Made by a program: the position numbers and the translations under genes. 64,000 bases of DNA from a virus (lineage: Duplodnaviria > Caudoviricetes). The notes under the pieces are model-generated. The model was not told the DNA's origin. It made no database searches and saw nothing but the letters and a program-made list of their open reading frames with translations. The stretch covers positions 967 to 64,966 of the IMG/VR virus record IMGVR_UViG_3300025400_000015. One strand, 5' to 3'. Shown here one piece after another: positions 25,972 to 34,612 of this stretch (position 1 is its first letter; each line of letters starts with the position of its first letter).

Positions 25972-26867
25972 TGTGCGTAGGAACGACCGCCAATGAACGG
26001 CCGACACGCGCTAACCTCGTCGTTAGTTGCATCAACAACCCAGACGGCTTCGGCTGGGGAATCGTGTACGACGCACAAGTCGAAGGAACACCAACCCGTC
26101 GACTCATGGCAAACCACTCGATGACGTCCGAAAGCGCCATCGATTCGTACTTCGCGGCACTCGACCAGTTGGGCGAAGCAGTTGTGGGACACCTGTTCCA
26201 CGCTCGCATCGCCACACGCGGTGGGGTTCACCTGAAAGGCTGTCACCCATTCTGGGTACCAGAAGGTGAGCGTGAGTACGACACCAGTGCGTTGCTTGCA
26301 CACAACGGAATGCTTGGCTTGAGCATCCCCAAGAACGACCAGCGGGTTGACTCGCAGGTCTTTGCGGAGGATGTGCTGCCAATGTTCGGTGGCGTCGAAT
26401 CGCTGAACAAGCCGTACATGTGGGACATCATCAACGGTTACGTTGAGGGAGAACGCTCCAAGGTGGTAATTCTCAACACCATCTTCGAAGAGTCACCTGT
26501 CATCATCTTGGGCGAAAGCCTCGGATCGTGGGACAAGAACACCGGGCTCTGGTGGTCTAACACCTCATGGTGCAGCACTCCTTCGTATCGCACGCCAGCA
26601 AACGTGACCTACGGATCGCGAATGCCAGCACGCGAGAGCACTTGGTCAGACTACGACATGTTTGAGTCAAAGTCAACCATGACCGAAGACGAGTACGAAG
26701 AGTTGTTTGGCGGAATGGCATGCCTTGACACAACCTGCCCCGGCTGGGTTCTCCCAGAAGACGGACACTTGTGCTTGGAGTGCGGCGTCTGCCAAATGTG
26801 CCTCGACACGTGGGATGAGTGTATTTGCGAAGACATTCGCGAATCACTGCCCACGGAAAAGCAATAA
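25962..26867 (+). CDS. Class II (Ntn) glutamine amidotransferase
   Basis: Start Met-Cys at 25962 after GGAG; NPDGFG, HARIAT.G...CHPF, AHNG, DS motifs. Confidence 0.85.
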   Translation: MCVMCVGTTANERPTRANLVVSCINNPDGFGWGIVYDAQVEGTPTRRLMANHSMTSESAIDSYFAALDQLGEAVVGHLFHARIATRGGVHLKGCHPFWVPEGEREYDTSALLAHNGMLGLSIPKNDQRVDSQVFAEDVLPMFGGVESLNKPYMWDIINGYVEGERSKVVILNTIFEESPVIILGESLGSWDKNTGLWWSNTSWCSTPSYRTPANVTYGSRMPARESTWSDYDMFESKSTMTEDEYEELFGGMACLDTTCPGWVLPEDGHLCLECGVCQMCLDTWDECICEDIRESLPTEKQ

Positions 26868-27082
26868 GCGGCTCCGGCTGGCATTTCCGATATCAAAAGT
26901 ACATGGACAAGGTGGCCTTCGTGGTTTGCGCCATTGAAGGCTACCTTGTCTACTCTTTTGTGCACAAGTACACAGCATCCATTGTTGGAGTCAACACCAC
27001 CGATCCAGTTGCCCTCTTCGCAGGCGGCTCTATTGGTGGGGCCATGTGGGCCACTTGGGTGAATGCCAAGCGCAAGTAAATA

Positions 27083-27127
27083 AATTAGGGTGGGGGTAGT
27101 CGAAAGACTGCTCTCACCCTAATTTTG
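27083..27127 (+). terminator. Intrinsic terminator of early operon
   Basis: GGGTGGGGGTAGTC-GAAA-GACTGCTCTCACCC with G-U pairs on + strand, followed by TAATTTT. Confidence 0.7.
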
Positions 27128-27334
27128 TATTGGTGTTGGTCGCGTTTCTCACCGACCCTAAAGGGTCACCTCAAAACACGAATACGTAAGCCGCGGCAAG
27201 CGCGGACGCCGGAGGCGAATTATCCTTTGGTACCGGCCCGGCGAATTATCCTTTGGAACAGAACCGCAAAATTCCCTCGGGAAAGGGGGCCTTAAACGAG
27301 TAAGAACCCACCTCTACCCGAGGGAATTATGCGC

Positions 27335-27580
27335 TTAGTTGCCGATGTAGCGAATGTAAGTGCGCTGGATCTTCACGCCGTTCTCAACCGTTCGGCGGTA
27401 AGCTCGCTCCCACTGCGGACCCTTGAACGGCCCCCATGCTGGGCGGTGAGCCGTGCCCTCGTAGAGCACAAACCACTGGTTGGGGCGAGACTTCCCAGCC
27501 TCAACAAAGTACGCTGACTTAGTTGCTGCGTAGCCACCACGCTTTGCTGGTGCTGGCGCTTCCCACTTAATTTCTTCCAT
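27335..27580 (-). CDS. Hypothetical protein, possibly DNA-binding
   Basis: AAGGAGGT RBS; MEEIKWEAPAPAKRGG. Confidence 0.7.
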   Translation of the reverse strand: MEEIKWEAPAPAKRGGYAATKSAYFVEAGKSRPNQWFVLYEGTAHRPAWGPFKGPQWERAYRRTVENGVKIQRTYIRYIGN

Positions 27581-27742
27581 GTTACCTCCTTTAAGGTGAT
27601 ACCCACATTAATGCCTAATCCCACAAATTGCAAATCATAAGAACAGATAGCGACTATCTTTATTTAAATTTGCATTTAGTGTTGACAAGCACTAGCTTTG
27701 TATGCGTGGTCGCAAGGCCACCATAACAGTAAAGGAAATGAG

Positions 27743-27883
27743 ATGGAAGCGTACACGGTTACAATCCTTGTTTGCATTCAATGCTATGACATTGAGGGCT
27801 GGTGCGATGGCGCACCGTTTGACTTGGAAGAACACACGTACATTTGCGAGCGTTGTGGCGCAGCTCTGGGAGGAGAAGAATGA
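27743..27883 (+). CDS. Small zinc-ribbon protein
   Basis: AAAGGA RBS; CxxC...CxxC. Confidence 0.5.
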   Translation: MEAYTVTILVCIQCYDIEGWCDGAPFDLEEHTYICERCGAALGGEE

Positions 27884-28056
27884 TTAACCACGGATTGGCC
27901 TTTGCGGCTACCGGCTTCGGCAAGGTAGAGGTTTACCTTGACCGTCAGCCTGCTACGCTTGAAGAAGCGCTGGACTGCATTGACTACCTCATCGCTCGAT
28001 ACAACGAGGCGCAGGAAGTCATCAATGAACTGGAGCAGGAAGGGGAGGGCGTATGA
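27880..28056 (+). CDS. Small acidic hypothetical protein
   Basis: GGAGGAG RBS, ATGA overlap. Confidence 0.5.
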   Translation: MINHGLAFAATGFGKVEVYLDRQPATLEEALDCIDYLIARYNEAQEVINELEQEGEGV

Positions 28057-28351
28057 CGTTGAACATAACCGGAGAATGGTCCGACTGCGACCGTCACCCC
28101 GACTTGGAGTGCTACCGCTTCTTGTCCTTCGCCACTGATCAATACGACTACGACTGCGAGGTGTCGGAATGACAAACGTTTCGGGCGACGGCTTTTACAC
28201 GACCTGCAAAGGATCAATTTACAAGCCCAGCAAAAACCCTTTTGGTATCTGCGATTCGTGCTGCGAGTTGCGCACCCTCACCATTGTCTACAACGACGTT
28301 GGTGACGAAGTAAACTATCACTGCGACGAATGTCTGTGATAGACTAAGTTC

Positions 28352-28428
28352 GCTAGGGGGGTCGAGTCTGACTTCCTCGGTAATGAGCCGACCTGTTCCC
28401 TTTCTCCAGGTGCGGCTCCCCCCCTAGC
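28352..28428. terminator. Hairpin at convergence of + and - strand transcription
   Basis: GCTAGGGGGG...CCCCCCTAGC closing stem between convergent genes. Confidence 0.5.
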
Positions 28429-28430
28429 AT

Positions 28431-28817
28431 TTATTGAGTATGCCCGTTTCGCTTCTTGCGATAACGGGCTACTCTTATTTTTGAGGCATGGTTGTATGCC
28501 TCAATGCAGGGCTCGCAGATGACGTGGTCAGGGTCCTTAAGTTTGAGGCGACGATGCTGTGCGTGTCCTCGCTCGGTGCCGTGCTCGATTTCCTTGCGAT
28601 TAGGAGGCTCGTAGCCCAGCGATGCTGCCACGATGCGGAGTTCCTGATACGACAAACCGCCCCACACTCCCCATGCTTCCCGATGTTCTAAGGCCCAATA
28701 CAGGCAGTCGGTCTTTATGGGGCAGGTAGCGCAGATAGCACTAGCCTGTTGTGTGAGGCGGTCGTTGAAGAAGAGATCCGTCTGCCCTACGCAGAGGGCT
28801 TTGGACCAATCGGTCAT
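28431..28817 (-). CDS. whiB: WhiB-family Fe-S transcription factor with C-terminal HGT..H..CxxC domain
   Basis: W...ALC, CATCPIKTDC, WGVWGG. Confidence 0.88.
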   Translation of the reverse strand: MTDWSKALCVGQTDLFFNDRLTQQASAICATCPIKTDCLYWALEHREAWGVWGGLSYQELRIVAASLGYEPPNRKEIEHGTERGHAQHRRLKLKDPDHVICEPCIEAYNHASKIRVARYRKKRNGHTQ

Positions 28818-28820
28818 GGA

Positions 28821-29183
28821 CTAGAAATCTTCCTCGGGGGTCGACCACTTCTTGGGTGCGCCCTTAGCGTCCTCGCTGGCGTAGCGAAGATCGGCTCCTG
28901 CGCCTTCGACGGTCAAGATGACCTTCGAGACGGTCTTGCCTTCCTTGTTCTCGTAGCGGTCTTGGTTCAGGTTGCCAGTGATGATAACACGCTGGCCCTT
29001 GCGCAAGTTGTCCGAGATGCCTTGGGCAAGAGTGCCCCAAGCGGTGCAGTCGAAGTAAGAGACGCTCTCTTCTTCGCCCTTCTTCCGGTTCACTGCGATG
29101 CTGAAATTAGCGAGGGCAGTTCCCTTGTTTGTGAACTTCAGGTCCACGTCTGCGACCATACGGCCAATAAGCGTTGTGCTCAT
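28821..29183 (-). CDS. ssb: Single-stranded DNA-binding protein
   Basis: LIGRM..D..L.FT..G.A.ANFSIAVN, YFDCTAWG.LA, KGQRVIITG.L, acidic EEDF tail. Confidence 0.92.
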   Translation of the reverse strand: MSTTLIGRMVADVDLKFTNKGTALANFSIAVNRKKGEEESVSYFDCTAWGTLAQGISDNLRKGQRVIITGNLNQDRYENKEGKTVSKVILTVEGAGADLRYASEDAKGAPKKWSTPEEDF

Positions 29184-29231
29184 GTTTTTCCTTTACAGTG
29201 TTGTGCCTTGCGGCGTATTTAGTTTACCACG

Positions 29232-29573
29232 TTAGAAGCCTGCTTGCTTAAGCAACCAAGCCATTTCTTCCAGCGTTACGACTGCGTAGCCCAGTCGAGC
29301 TGGCTTGTTCCGCCGTTTGATAACAGCGATACCAAGGTCCGCCTTCGCATTGGCTCGCTCTCGGGACGCTTCGTCCATGATGCTCGCCAACGTGATGGTC
29401 TTTACATTCTTGCACTCAATCACGACCCGAGGGATACCGTTAAGGTCGCCCTTGTCCATCGTGTTGCCTGCGCCGTAGCGTCGCTCGGCATAGGGGAACC
29501 CCATGTCGTTAAACACCTTGGCAACGTCACGTTCCCACTGGGAACCCTTTGCCTTTTCAGGCGTCGTCATCAC
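29232..29573 (-). CDS. Holliday-junction resolvase (PD-(D/E)xK)
   Basis: KAKGSQWER, DKGDL, IECKN. Confidence 0.8.
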   Translation of the reverse strand: MMTTPEKAKGSQWERDVAKVFNDMGFPYAERRYGAGNTMDKGDLNGIPRVVIECKNVKTITLASIMDEASRERANAKADLGIAVIKRRNKPARLGYAVVTLEEMAWLLKQAGF

Positions 29574-29712
29574 TCGTCTTTTCGATCAGCACGGCAATCG
29601 CTTCCTGAATCTTCGTCTGCTCGACGCCGACCTGCACTAAAGCAGCCAGAAAGTTGACCATCATGTTGTCAACAGACTCTTCAATTTTCTTAATAATTTC
29701 TTCATTTGTCAT
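29557..29712 (-). CDS. Small acidic hypothetical protein (51 aa, below ORF-track cutoff)
   Basis: Hand translation MTNEEIIKEIEESVDN...; fills gap with overlapping start/stop. Confidence 0.5.
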   Translation of the reverse strand: MTNEEIIKKIEESVDNMMVNFLAALVQVGVEQTKIQEAIAVLIEKTSDDDA

Positions 29713-30230
29713 CGAACTAAGCCTAGCACACGCTTGATGCTCTCCGGCATTGGCACCGCCTCTTCACGCTCTCGACGCTTCTTTTCAAAGAACTCGCTGT
29801 CGACGGCAGGAATTCGTGGGGCGGTGTCCTGCACAACAATGACTTCTCCGTCACGTTGGCGCTGCGCAAGCATCGTGTGGTAGTGCTTGCGGAACTTGAT
29901 CGGTGAAAAAATAACCGTGCCCCAGAAAGCATGACCAACGCACCACGTCAACATTTCTTCGACGTTGGGCACCGGCACCTTGTCAATGCGCAACAACTTT
30001 TCCATTGCGGAAACGTTCGTGTCGTTCATAACAAAAGGGCGGTGGGAGTTGGCAACAATGCCTTCGTTGAGGCGCTCACAAAGCGTTCGAGCCTGCGCCC
30101 ATGTCTCTGTATGCTTGGTTCGTGCCACAGTTCGGGCGTTGACGAATTTCTTCATTTCCTCCACCTCTTCCACGGTGACACGCCCCTCCTGAATTAACAA
30201 ACACAAAACTTCCTTGTACGCGTCAGTCAT
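29709..30230 (-). CDS. Putative replication initiator/helicase-loader-like protein
   Basis: LLRIDK....VEEMLTWC....FWG.VIFSP.KFRKHY resembles the C-terminal domain of phage replisome organisers. Confidence 0.5.
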   Translation of the reverse strand: MTDAYKEVLCLLIQEGRVTVEEVEEMKKFVNARTVARTKHTETWAQARTLCERLNEGIVANSHRPFVMNDTNVSAMEKLLRIDKVPVPNVEEMLTWCVGHAFWGTVIFSPIKFRKHYHTMLAQRQRDGEVIVVQDTAPRIPAVDSEFFEKKRREREEAVPMPESIKRVLGLVR

Positions 30231-30430
30231 CGCGCCACATCTTCCACGTCACATAAGTCGCACTCAACTTTAGTTTTTAGGTCGTCAAACTTTAGGTTTT
30301 CGGTAGCGTCCAGTACCTTGATTACGTCGCAGGGTGATTGGGTGAGGCAGGTGGCGCACACCGGAAACCATTCCGTGTGCGGTTGAGGCTGGTGCTTCTC
30401 TCGTAGGGCTTTGATTTCGGTGGGGGTCAT
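30227..30430 (-). CDS. Small Cys/His protein (paralogue 2)
   Basis: MTPTEIKALREKH...CxxC...PCDVIKVLDATE. Confidence 0.65.
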   Translation of the reverse strand: MTPTEIKALREKHQPQPHTEWFPVCATCLTQSPCDVIKVLDATENLKFDDLKTKVECDLCDVEDVAR

Positions 30431-30702
30431 AGTTTCTCTCCACACTTGGGGCAGTAGGCGAACTCCAGCCACGTTTCATCGCCATCTATCCCAGCAGGTA
30501 TCCACGAACCGGCGATGTTCTGAAACACGCGCCGGTGCTTCTCTCGTATAACGTGGTCGCACTGCGGTTCGGTGGCATCAAGCAATCGAATAACGTCGCA
30601 GGGGTAGTAGCCAGGGCAGATGTCGCACGAGGTAGTCCCTTTGCCGTAGCGACCGTGAGCCGTGTGCTTCTCTCGTAGGGCTTGGCGTTCGGCGGGGGTC
30701 AT
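30427..30702 (-). CDS. Small Cys/His protein (paralogue 1)
   Basis: MTPAERQALREKH...CxxC...PCDVIRLLDATE; GGAGG RBS. Confidence 0.65.
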   Translation of the reverse strand: MTPAERQALREKHTAHGRYGKGTTSCDICPGYYPCDVIRLLDATEPQCDHVIREKHRRVFQNIAGSWIPAGIDGDETWLEFAYCPKCGEKL

Positions 30703-30781
30703 TGTGCGGCCTCCCAGATGCAGTAGCCCAGCCAGCAGAGCCAGCCAGCAATAGCAACGATGTAAATACAGTCAGCCAACT

Positions 30782-31177
30782 TCATTGGTCGTAAGTGTCC
30801 ATGATGCAGTCGTGCAAGTCCTCAAGGTCGAGCAGATGCTCAGCCGTGTCGGAACCGAACTGCTCGCCACACTTGCCACACATGCTGACAAACTCGTGCT
30901 GGTATGACCGGTACTCATCGAGGGCAATGGTCAGGTACGTAATCATGTCCAGCAGGCTGTCCTCGACGCCCTCGTTGCTAAGGCTGCCACCAGAGGCGGC
31001 CCGTTGCAGACGCTTCATTTTGTCGTTGGCTCGCATGACTGCACCGACCCACGAGGGGATGCCGAACTCTTCGGAGCCACGAATGTTGTAGTAGGGGTCA
31101 TGAGGGCGGCCGTAATCACGAGACTTCTTATCGTGCATGGCCTGCACTTCTTTTAGAATCAGGTTGAATGATGACAT
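30782..31177 (-). CDS. Nucleotide-modification-associated (DUF1599/Nmad1-like) all-alpha protein
   Basis: KKSRDYG, R.NDK..RL, EGVEDSLLD...Y; start MSSFN after AAAGGA. Confidence 0.6.
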   Translation of the reverse strand: MSSFNLILKEVQAMHDKKSRDYGRPHDPYYNIRGSEEFGIPSWVGAVMRANDKMKRLQRAASGGSLSNEGVEDSLLDMITYLTIALDEYRSYQHEFVSMCGKCGEQFGSDTAEHLLDLEDLHDCIMDTYDQ

Positions 31178-31511
31178 GATCAGTCCTTTGGAATTCGCAT
31201 AGAGGCTATGCAACAAAAAATAATGATTGTACAGCAAATGGCGATTATCACTTGGTCTCCTTCGGGCCAGGTATATGAACAAACGCTGTGTTCAGGCTTT
31301 TGTTTTTTGGACAACGGTGCGACACATCGGTCGCAACGGCGTGAACTTTAAGGTTGCATTTTGGGCACTGGAAGTATCGCATACTTTGCTGGCACCTTTC
31401 CTCGGTAGGGGATTTGTTGGTTCTCGGGCTTGAACTGCGCACCACAGCCCTTGCAAAACACAAGGGCTGGGTGCGCGGCCGACAGGTTCATGAGCCAGTC
31501 GTGCCGGTGGG

Positions 31512-32150
31512 TCATTCGCCCAGTTCCAACAGGACGCCTGCAATTTCAGCGTCGGTCAGTTCGGACAACTTGCCGATGGAGCGGCCGAGGATTTTCTCTA
31601 CGGCTGCCTTGCCCTTGATGGGCTCACCGAATTTGACGGCCAAGCGGTCGCGGAGTTGTGCCGTGAGGTCACGAACGCCATCGGCCGGAGTGGCTGCCTT
31701 GTACTCGGGGCTGGGCTTCGGGTGCTGCGACTGCTGTACCTTTGGTCGGCTTGCGGCGTTGCCGTCATCGTCATCGTCAGCCACGAGGCCGAGGATGGCC
31801 ATGTAGGCGTAGCGTCGAGCGTAGGTGACAGCCGAGCCCTGACCCTGCGGGTCCTGCTTGGGCAGGTGCAGGAGCATCGAGTTCTGAATGTACTGACCCG
31901 ACTTGTGCAGCAGGGTCGTGGTCAAGGTGTCAGCAAGGCTTCCGTCACCGTTCACGTCGAACGAGATGGATTGAGTGACAGCAAGACCGTGCTTCGTCAG
32001 GACGGGACTGGCCGAGGCCACCACGTCAGGCAAAGCGGCGTACTTGCTCTTGAAAAAGGGGTTGGTTGACCCCTTCGGGACCGCCGAAAATTCGGCTTGT
32101 GCTGCGACGAGGGCTGATGCCAACTCGTTGATTTCGGTACTGCGGTTCAT
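31512..32150 (-). CDS. ERF-family single-strand annealing recombinase
   Basis: NPFFKSKYA.L, PQGQGSAVTYARRYA, DDDDGN. Confidence 0.9.
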   Translation of the reverse strand: MNRSTEINELASALVAAQAEFSAVPKGSTNPFFKSKYAALPDVVASASPVLTKHGLAVTQSISFDVNGDGSLADTLTTTLLHKSGQYIQNSMLLHLPKQDPQGQGSAVTYARRYAYMAILGLVADDDDDGNAASRPKVQQSQHPKPSPEYKAATPADGVRDLTAQLRDRLAVKFGEPIKGKAAVEKILGRSIGKLSELTDAEIAGVLLELGE

Positions 32151-32158
32151 GTTCCTCC

Positions 32159-32380
32159 TTAGAAACGGTGCTCAATAACGTACCCTAAGACACCGAAGAC
32201 GGTGGCAAGGGCATTGATGTCTTCGAACGAATCTTCAAACGTTCGCTTTGTTGCGATAAGGACGTTGCCCTTCTCGTTTTCAATGAAGATGTCAAACAAA
32301 CCATCTTCTGCTTGGACTGGGGTGATCTTAAAGAACACCTTCCCCTTACGGACCCGAAGCACGGGCCAGTCTGTCTGCAT
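32159..32380 (-). CDS. Hypothetical protein
   Basis: GAAGGGAG RBS; start MQTDW. Confidence 0.55.
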   Translation of the reverse strand: MQTDWPVLRVRKGKVFFKITPVQAEDGLFDIFIENEKGNVLIATKRTFEDSFEDINALATVFGVLGYVIEHRF

Positions 32381-33267
32381 CACTGTGCGCTCCCTTCTGC
32401 TGCGTTGCTTTGTGTGATGGTGATTGCTGCCCCACCATCGGAAATGCACAGGTCCTTAAAGGCGCAGTAGTCACACTGCCACGCACGTCCGCTAATGGGG
32501 TCCAACGATATTTGCATGCCGTTGTCGTCCTGCGCAAATCGAGCAGGCAAATACCCCTGTTCGACTTGGTAGGCGATCTGCTCCATGCGAGCAAGTTCCT
32601 CGGACGCAAGGTCGTACCACTCTTCACGAGGCACGTAGTATTCGGCAAGGAAACGGTTGGTCCCCTCGACGCCCATGTTCGCTGCCTTGTTCTTTGACAG
32701 CGCCTCAAAAGTGATAGAGCCCATGATGAGCCAGTCGATTTCAATGTCAGGGTTTTCGTTCATGATGCCGATGGCGTTCATGCCAGCCTGAATGATTGCC
32801 TTAAGGGCAGGTCCTTCGCCCTCGTTCTGGGTGCCACCACGCATGCGGTTCCAGCCGACCTGCTTGTCAAATGAGTACGTGCCCATGGTCTTGAGTTCAT
32901 ACAAAGCGTGAGTGCCCGAGAAGAACTCGTCAAGCCCCTTCGTCTCAAGCAGGGCGTCGCAAGAACCGGACACGTAACTGCCGACCTGCGATGCCACCTC
33001 GAACTGTGCGCTGGGGTACTTGCGGCTGATGCAGTCCTGCAATGCTTCGTGAATGATGGTACCTAGACCTGTCGCCCATGCACCTGCTTCGTCCATCGGG
33101 TTCGAGGGCTTTGCGTCAAACGCGGCGTATCCTTGCTGGCGTCCGCACGAAAACGCTGACGAGTAACGCATGGGCGTTCCTTTCGCCGTGGGCTTTGGTA
33201 CTGCTGACTTGACGTGCAGCTCTTCAACGAGTGCACTTGTAATAATTGGTTTGTCTGCTTTAAACAC
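32380..33267 (-). CDS. Cas4-like PD-(D/E)xK exonuclease
   Basis: SS..SC.RQ, G...HE..Q, SGSCD, ELKT, C-terminal CDYC.FK..C; partner of ERF. Confidence 0.8.
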   Translation of the reverse strand: MFKADKPIITSALVEELHVKSAVPKPTAKGTPMRYSSAFSCGRQQGYAAFDAKPSNPMDEAGAWATGLGTIIHEALQDCISRKYPSAQFEVASQVGSYVSGSCDALLETKGLDEFFSGTHALYELKTMGTYSFDKQVGWNRMRGGTQNEGEGPALKAIIQAGMNAIGIMNENPDIEIDWLIMGSITFEALSKNKAANMGVEGTNRFLAEYYVPREEWYDLASEELARMEQIAYQVEQGYLPARFAQDDNGMQISLDPISGRAWQCDYCAFKDLCISDGGAAITITQSNAAEGSAQ

Positions 33268-33286
33268 ACTAACTCCTTTTTGTAGG

Positions 33287-33460
33287 TTATTGATTGTACT
33301 GCTTGGACACGGTGCCTGTCAAACCGGCTTGGCGCTCAATTTCTTCGAGCAGGGCGCCGCATTCTTTGCCGAGTTGCCAGTCTTCGTGCTTTACTTCGAT
33401 AAATGCCAGCGCAACAACCATCGTCACGTACTGGTCTGCGGTCAGTTCAAGACTAAACAT
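33287..33460 (-). CDS. Small hypothetical protein (57 aa, below ORF-track cutoff)
   Basis: Hand translation MFSLELTADQYV...SKQYNQ. Confidence 0.5.
   Translation of the reverse strand: MFSLELTADQYVTMVVALAFIEVKHEDWQLGKECGALLEEIERQAGLTGTVSKQYNQ
33293..33322 (-). promoter_or_regulatory. SigmaA-type promoter TTGACA-N18-TACAAT for recombination genes
   Basis: Near-consensus hexamers upstream of the AAGGAG RBS of the exonuclease. Confidence 0.65.
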
Positions 33461-33719
33461 TTTCAGCCTGTCCGCCGCTGTTCTTCATGCGCTTCTTGTA
33501 GCGACGGCGATCAAGATTGGTCGTCCCTCCATAGATGCCAACCGTGATGTTGTTTTCAATGGCGTAATCAAGGCATTCCTGTCGAACAGGGCATGCGTTG
33601 CAATACGTTAGGGCTAACCGCTTGCGGCTACCAGCCAAAGTGTCGGTGTCGTCCGGCATAAAAATGGCGGTGTCGACCCCACGGCACTGGGCTTTCTTCT
33701 TCCAGTTTGTGTATGTCAT
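33453..33719 (-). CDS. whiB: WhiB-family transcription factor, probably leaderless
   Basis: WKKKAQC, CNACPVRQEC, GIYGG; ATG 7 nt after -10. Confidence 0.88.
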   Translation of the reverse strand: MTYTNWKKKAQCRGVDTAIFMPDDTDTLAGSRKRLALTYCNACPVRQECLDYAIENNITVGIYGGTTNLDRRRYKKRMKNSGGQAENV

Positions 33720-33726
33720 GACGGCC

Positions 33727-33755
33727 ACAATACAGGTGGCCTGTGACATTGTCAA
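33727..33755 (-). promoter_or_regulatory. SigmaA-type promoter TTGACA-N17-TATTGT
   Basis: Consensus -35, 17-nt spacer, start codon at predicted +1. Confidence 0.65.
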
Positions 33756-34585
33756 ATCGAGACGTTGTATTTTTTTTTCATGAAGGTTTCTAAGCGCATT
33801 CCTTCATAACGGCGACACAAATAATCAAGAGAGATAAACATTGGACAGTACGCGCCACCTTCGACTTCGTGCTTAACGACGATGCCTCGGAAGTGGGCGT
33901 TTCCCTGCGGCCCCTTGTAATCCTCATCGTGTAGATAGCACGCTCCCGCAACCAATCCGTGTTGCGACTTGCCTGCGACAAAGCGTAAAGAGTACCCGAG
34001 CGTCTGCTGGTGGCCCATCGAGAACGAGTGCCCAATGGTCTTGAGTCGCGAGTCAATGGTTCCTCCAAGGGGCTTGCCCGTCATGGGGTTATAAAAGTAG
34101 TGCGAATAGGCCACGCCGTCGAGCCAAAGAATGTCGAGGAAGGGTACAGGGCGCCAGCCCAACTCCACGTCATTGAACTGGAAATCGCCCACCACGCCTT
34201 CCAACTGGGCGTCGGCAGACACGGCACGGTTGATGCGGTCCTCGTGGTTGCCTCGCAAGATGTAGCGTTCGGGGTGCCAGCCTGCGTGCTTGGTTTGCTT
34301 GCGTACTTTGTTGAGGTCGATCAAAGGTTGGTTCAACACAACAAATGCGTCGTTGCCTGCCTTGATGTCCTCAAGAAAGCGTCGGCCCTCCATGGCCTTC
34401 TTTCCCTTGTCGTAAAGCGAAAGCGAAGGCATGTCCCAATGGTCACCAAGGTGGATAATCTTGATGGGTTGGTCGCGGAAATGGTCGACAATGTACTGAC
34501 CGATCCAGAGAAGATGGTCGGTCGGCGCACCAGGCTTGGCCTGCGTGTCGGGGATTACGACATGAACGGTTGGCTTAGGAAGCAA
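33752..34585 (-). CDS. Calcineurin-like metallophosphoesterase
   Basis: IPDTQ, GDHWD, GNHEDR, GHQQ. Confidence 0.88.
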   Translation of the reverse strand: MLPKPTVHVVIPDTQAKPGAPTDHLLWIGQYIVDHFRDQPIKIIHLGDHWDMPSLSLYDKGKKAMEGRRFLEDIKAGNDAFVVLNQPLIDLNKVRKQTKHAGWHPERYILRGNHEDRINRAVSADAQLEGVVGDFQFNDVELGWRPVPFLDILWLDGVAYSHYFYNPMTGKPLGGTIDSRLKTIGHSFSMGHQQTLGYSLRFVAGKSQHGLVAGACYLHDEDYKGPQGNAHFRGIVVKHEVEGGAYCPMFISLDYLCRRYEGMRLETFMKKKYNVSI

Positions 34586-34612
34586 GGCAAGACCTCCTTG
34601 GTCCCCTTGAGC

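Noticed and set aside
22580-28430. tRNA genes, integrase or attachment site
   Set aside because: No cloverleaf with T-loop/CCA pattern and no tyrosine or serine recombinase motifs found by eye; tRNAscan-SE/ARAGORN would be needed to exclude them fully.
32380-33267. Cas4 as evidence of a CRISPR-Cas system
   Set aside because: No cas1/cas2 or array; it sits beside ERF and SSB as a typical phage recombination exonuclease.
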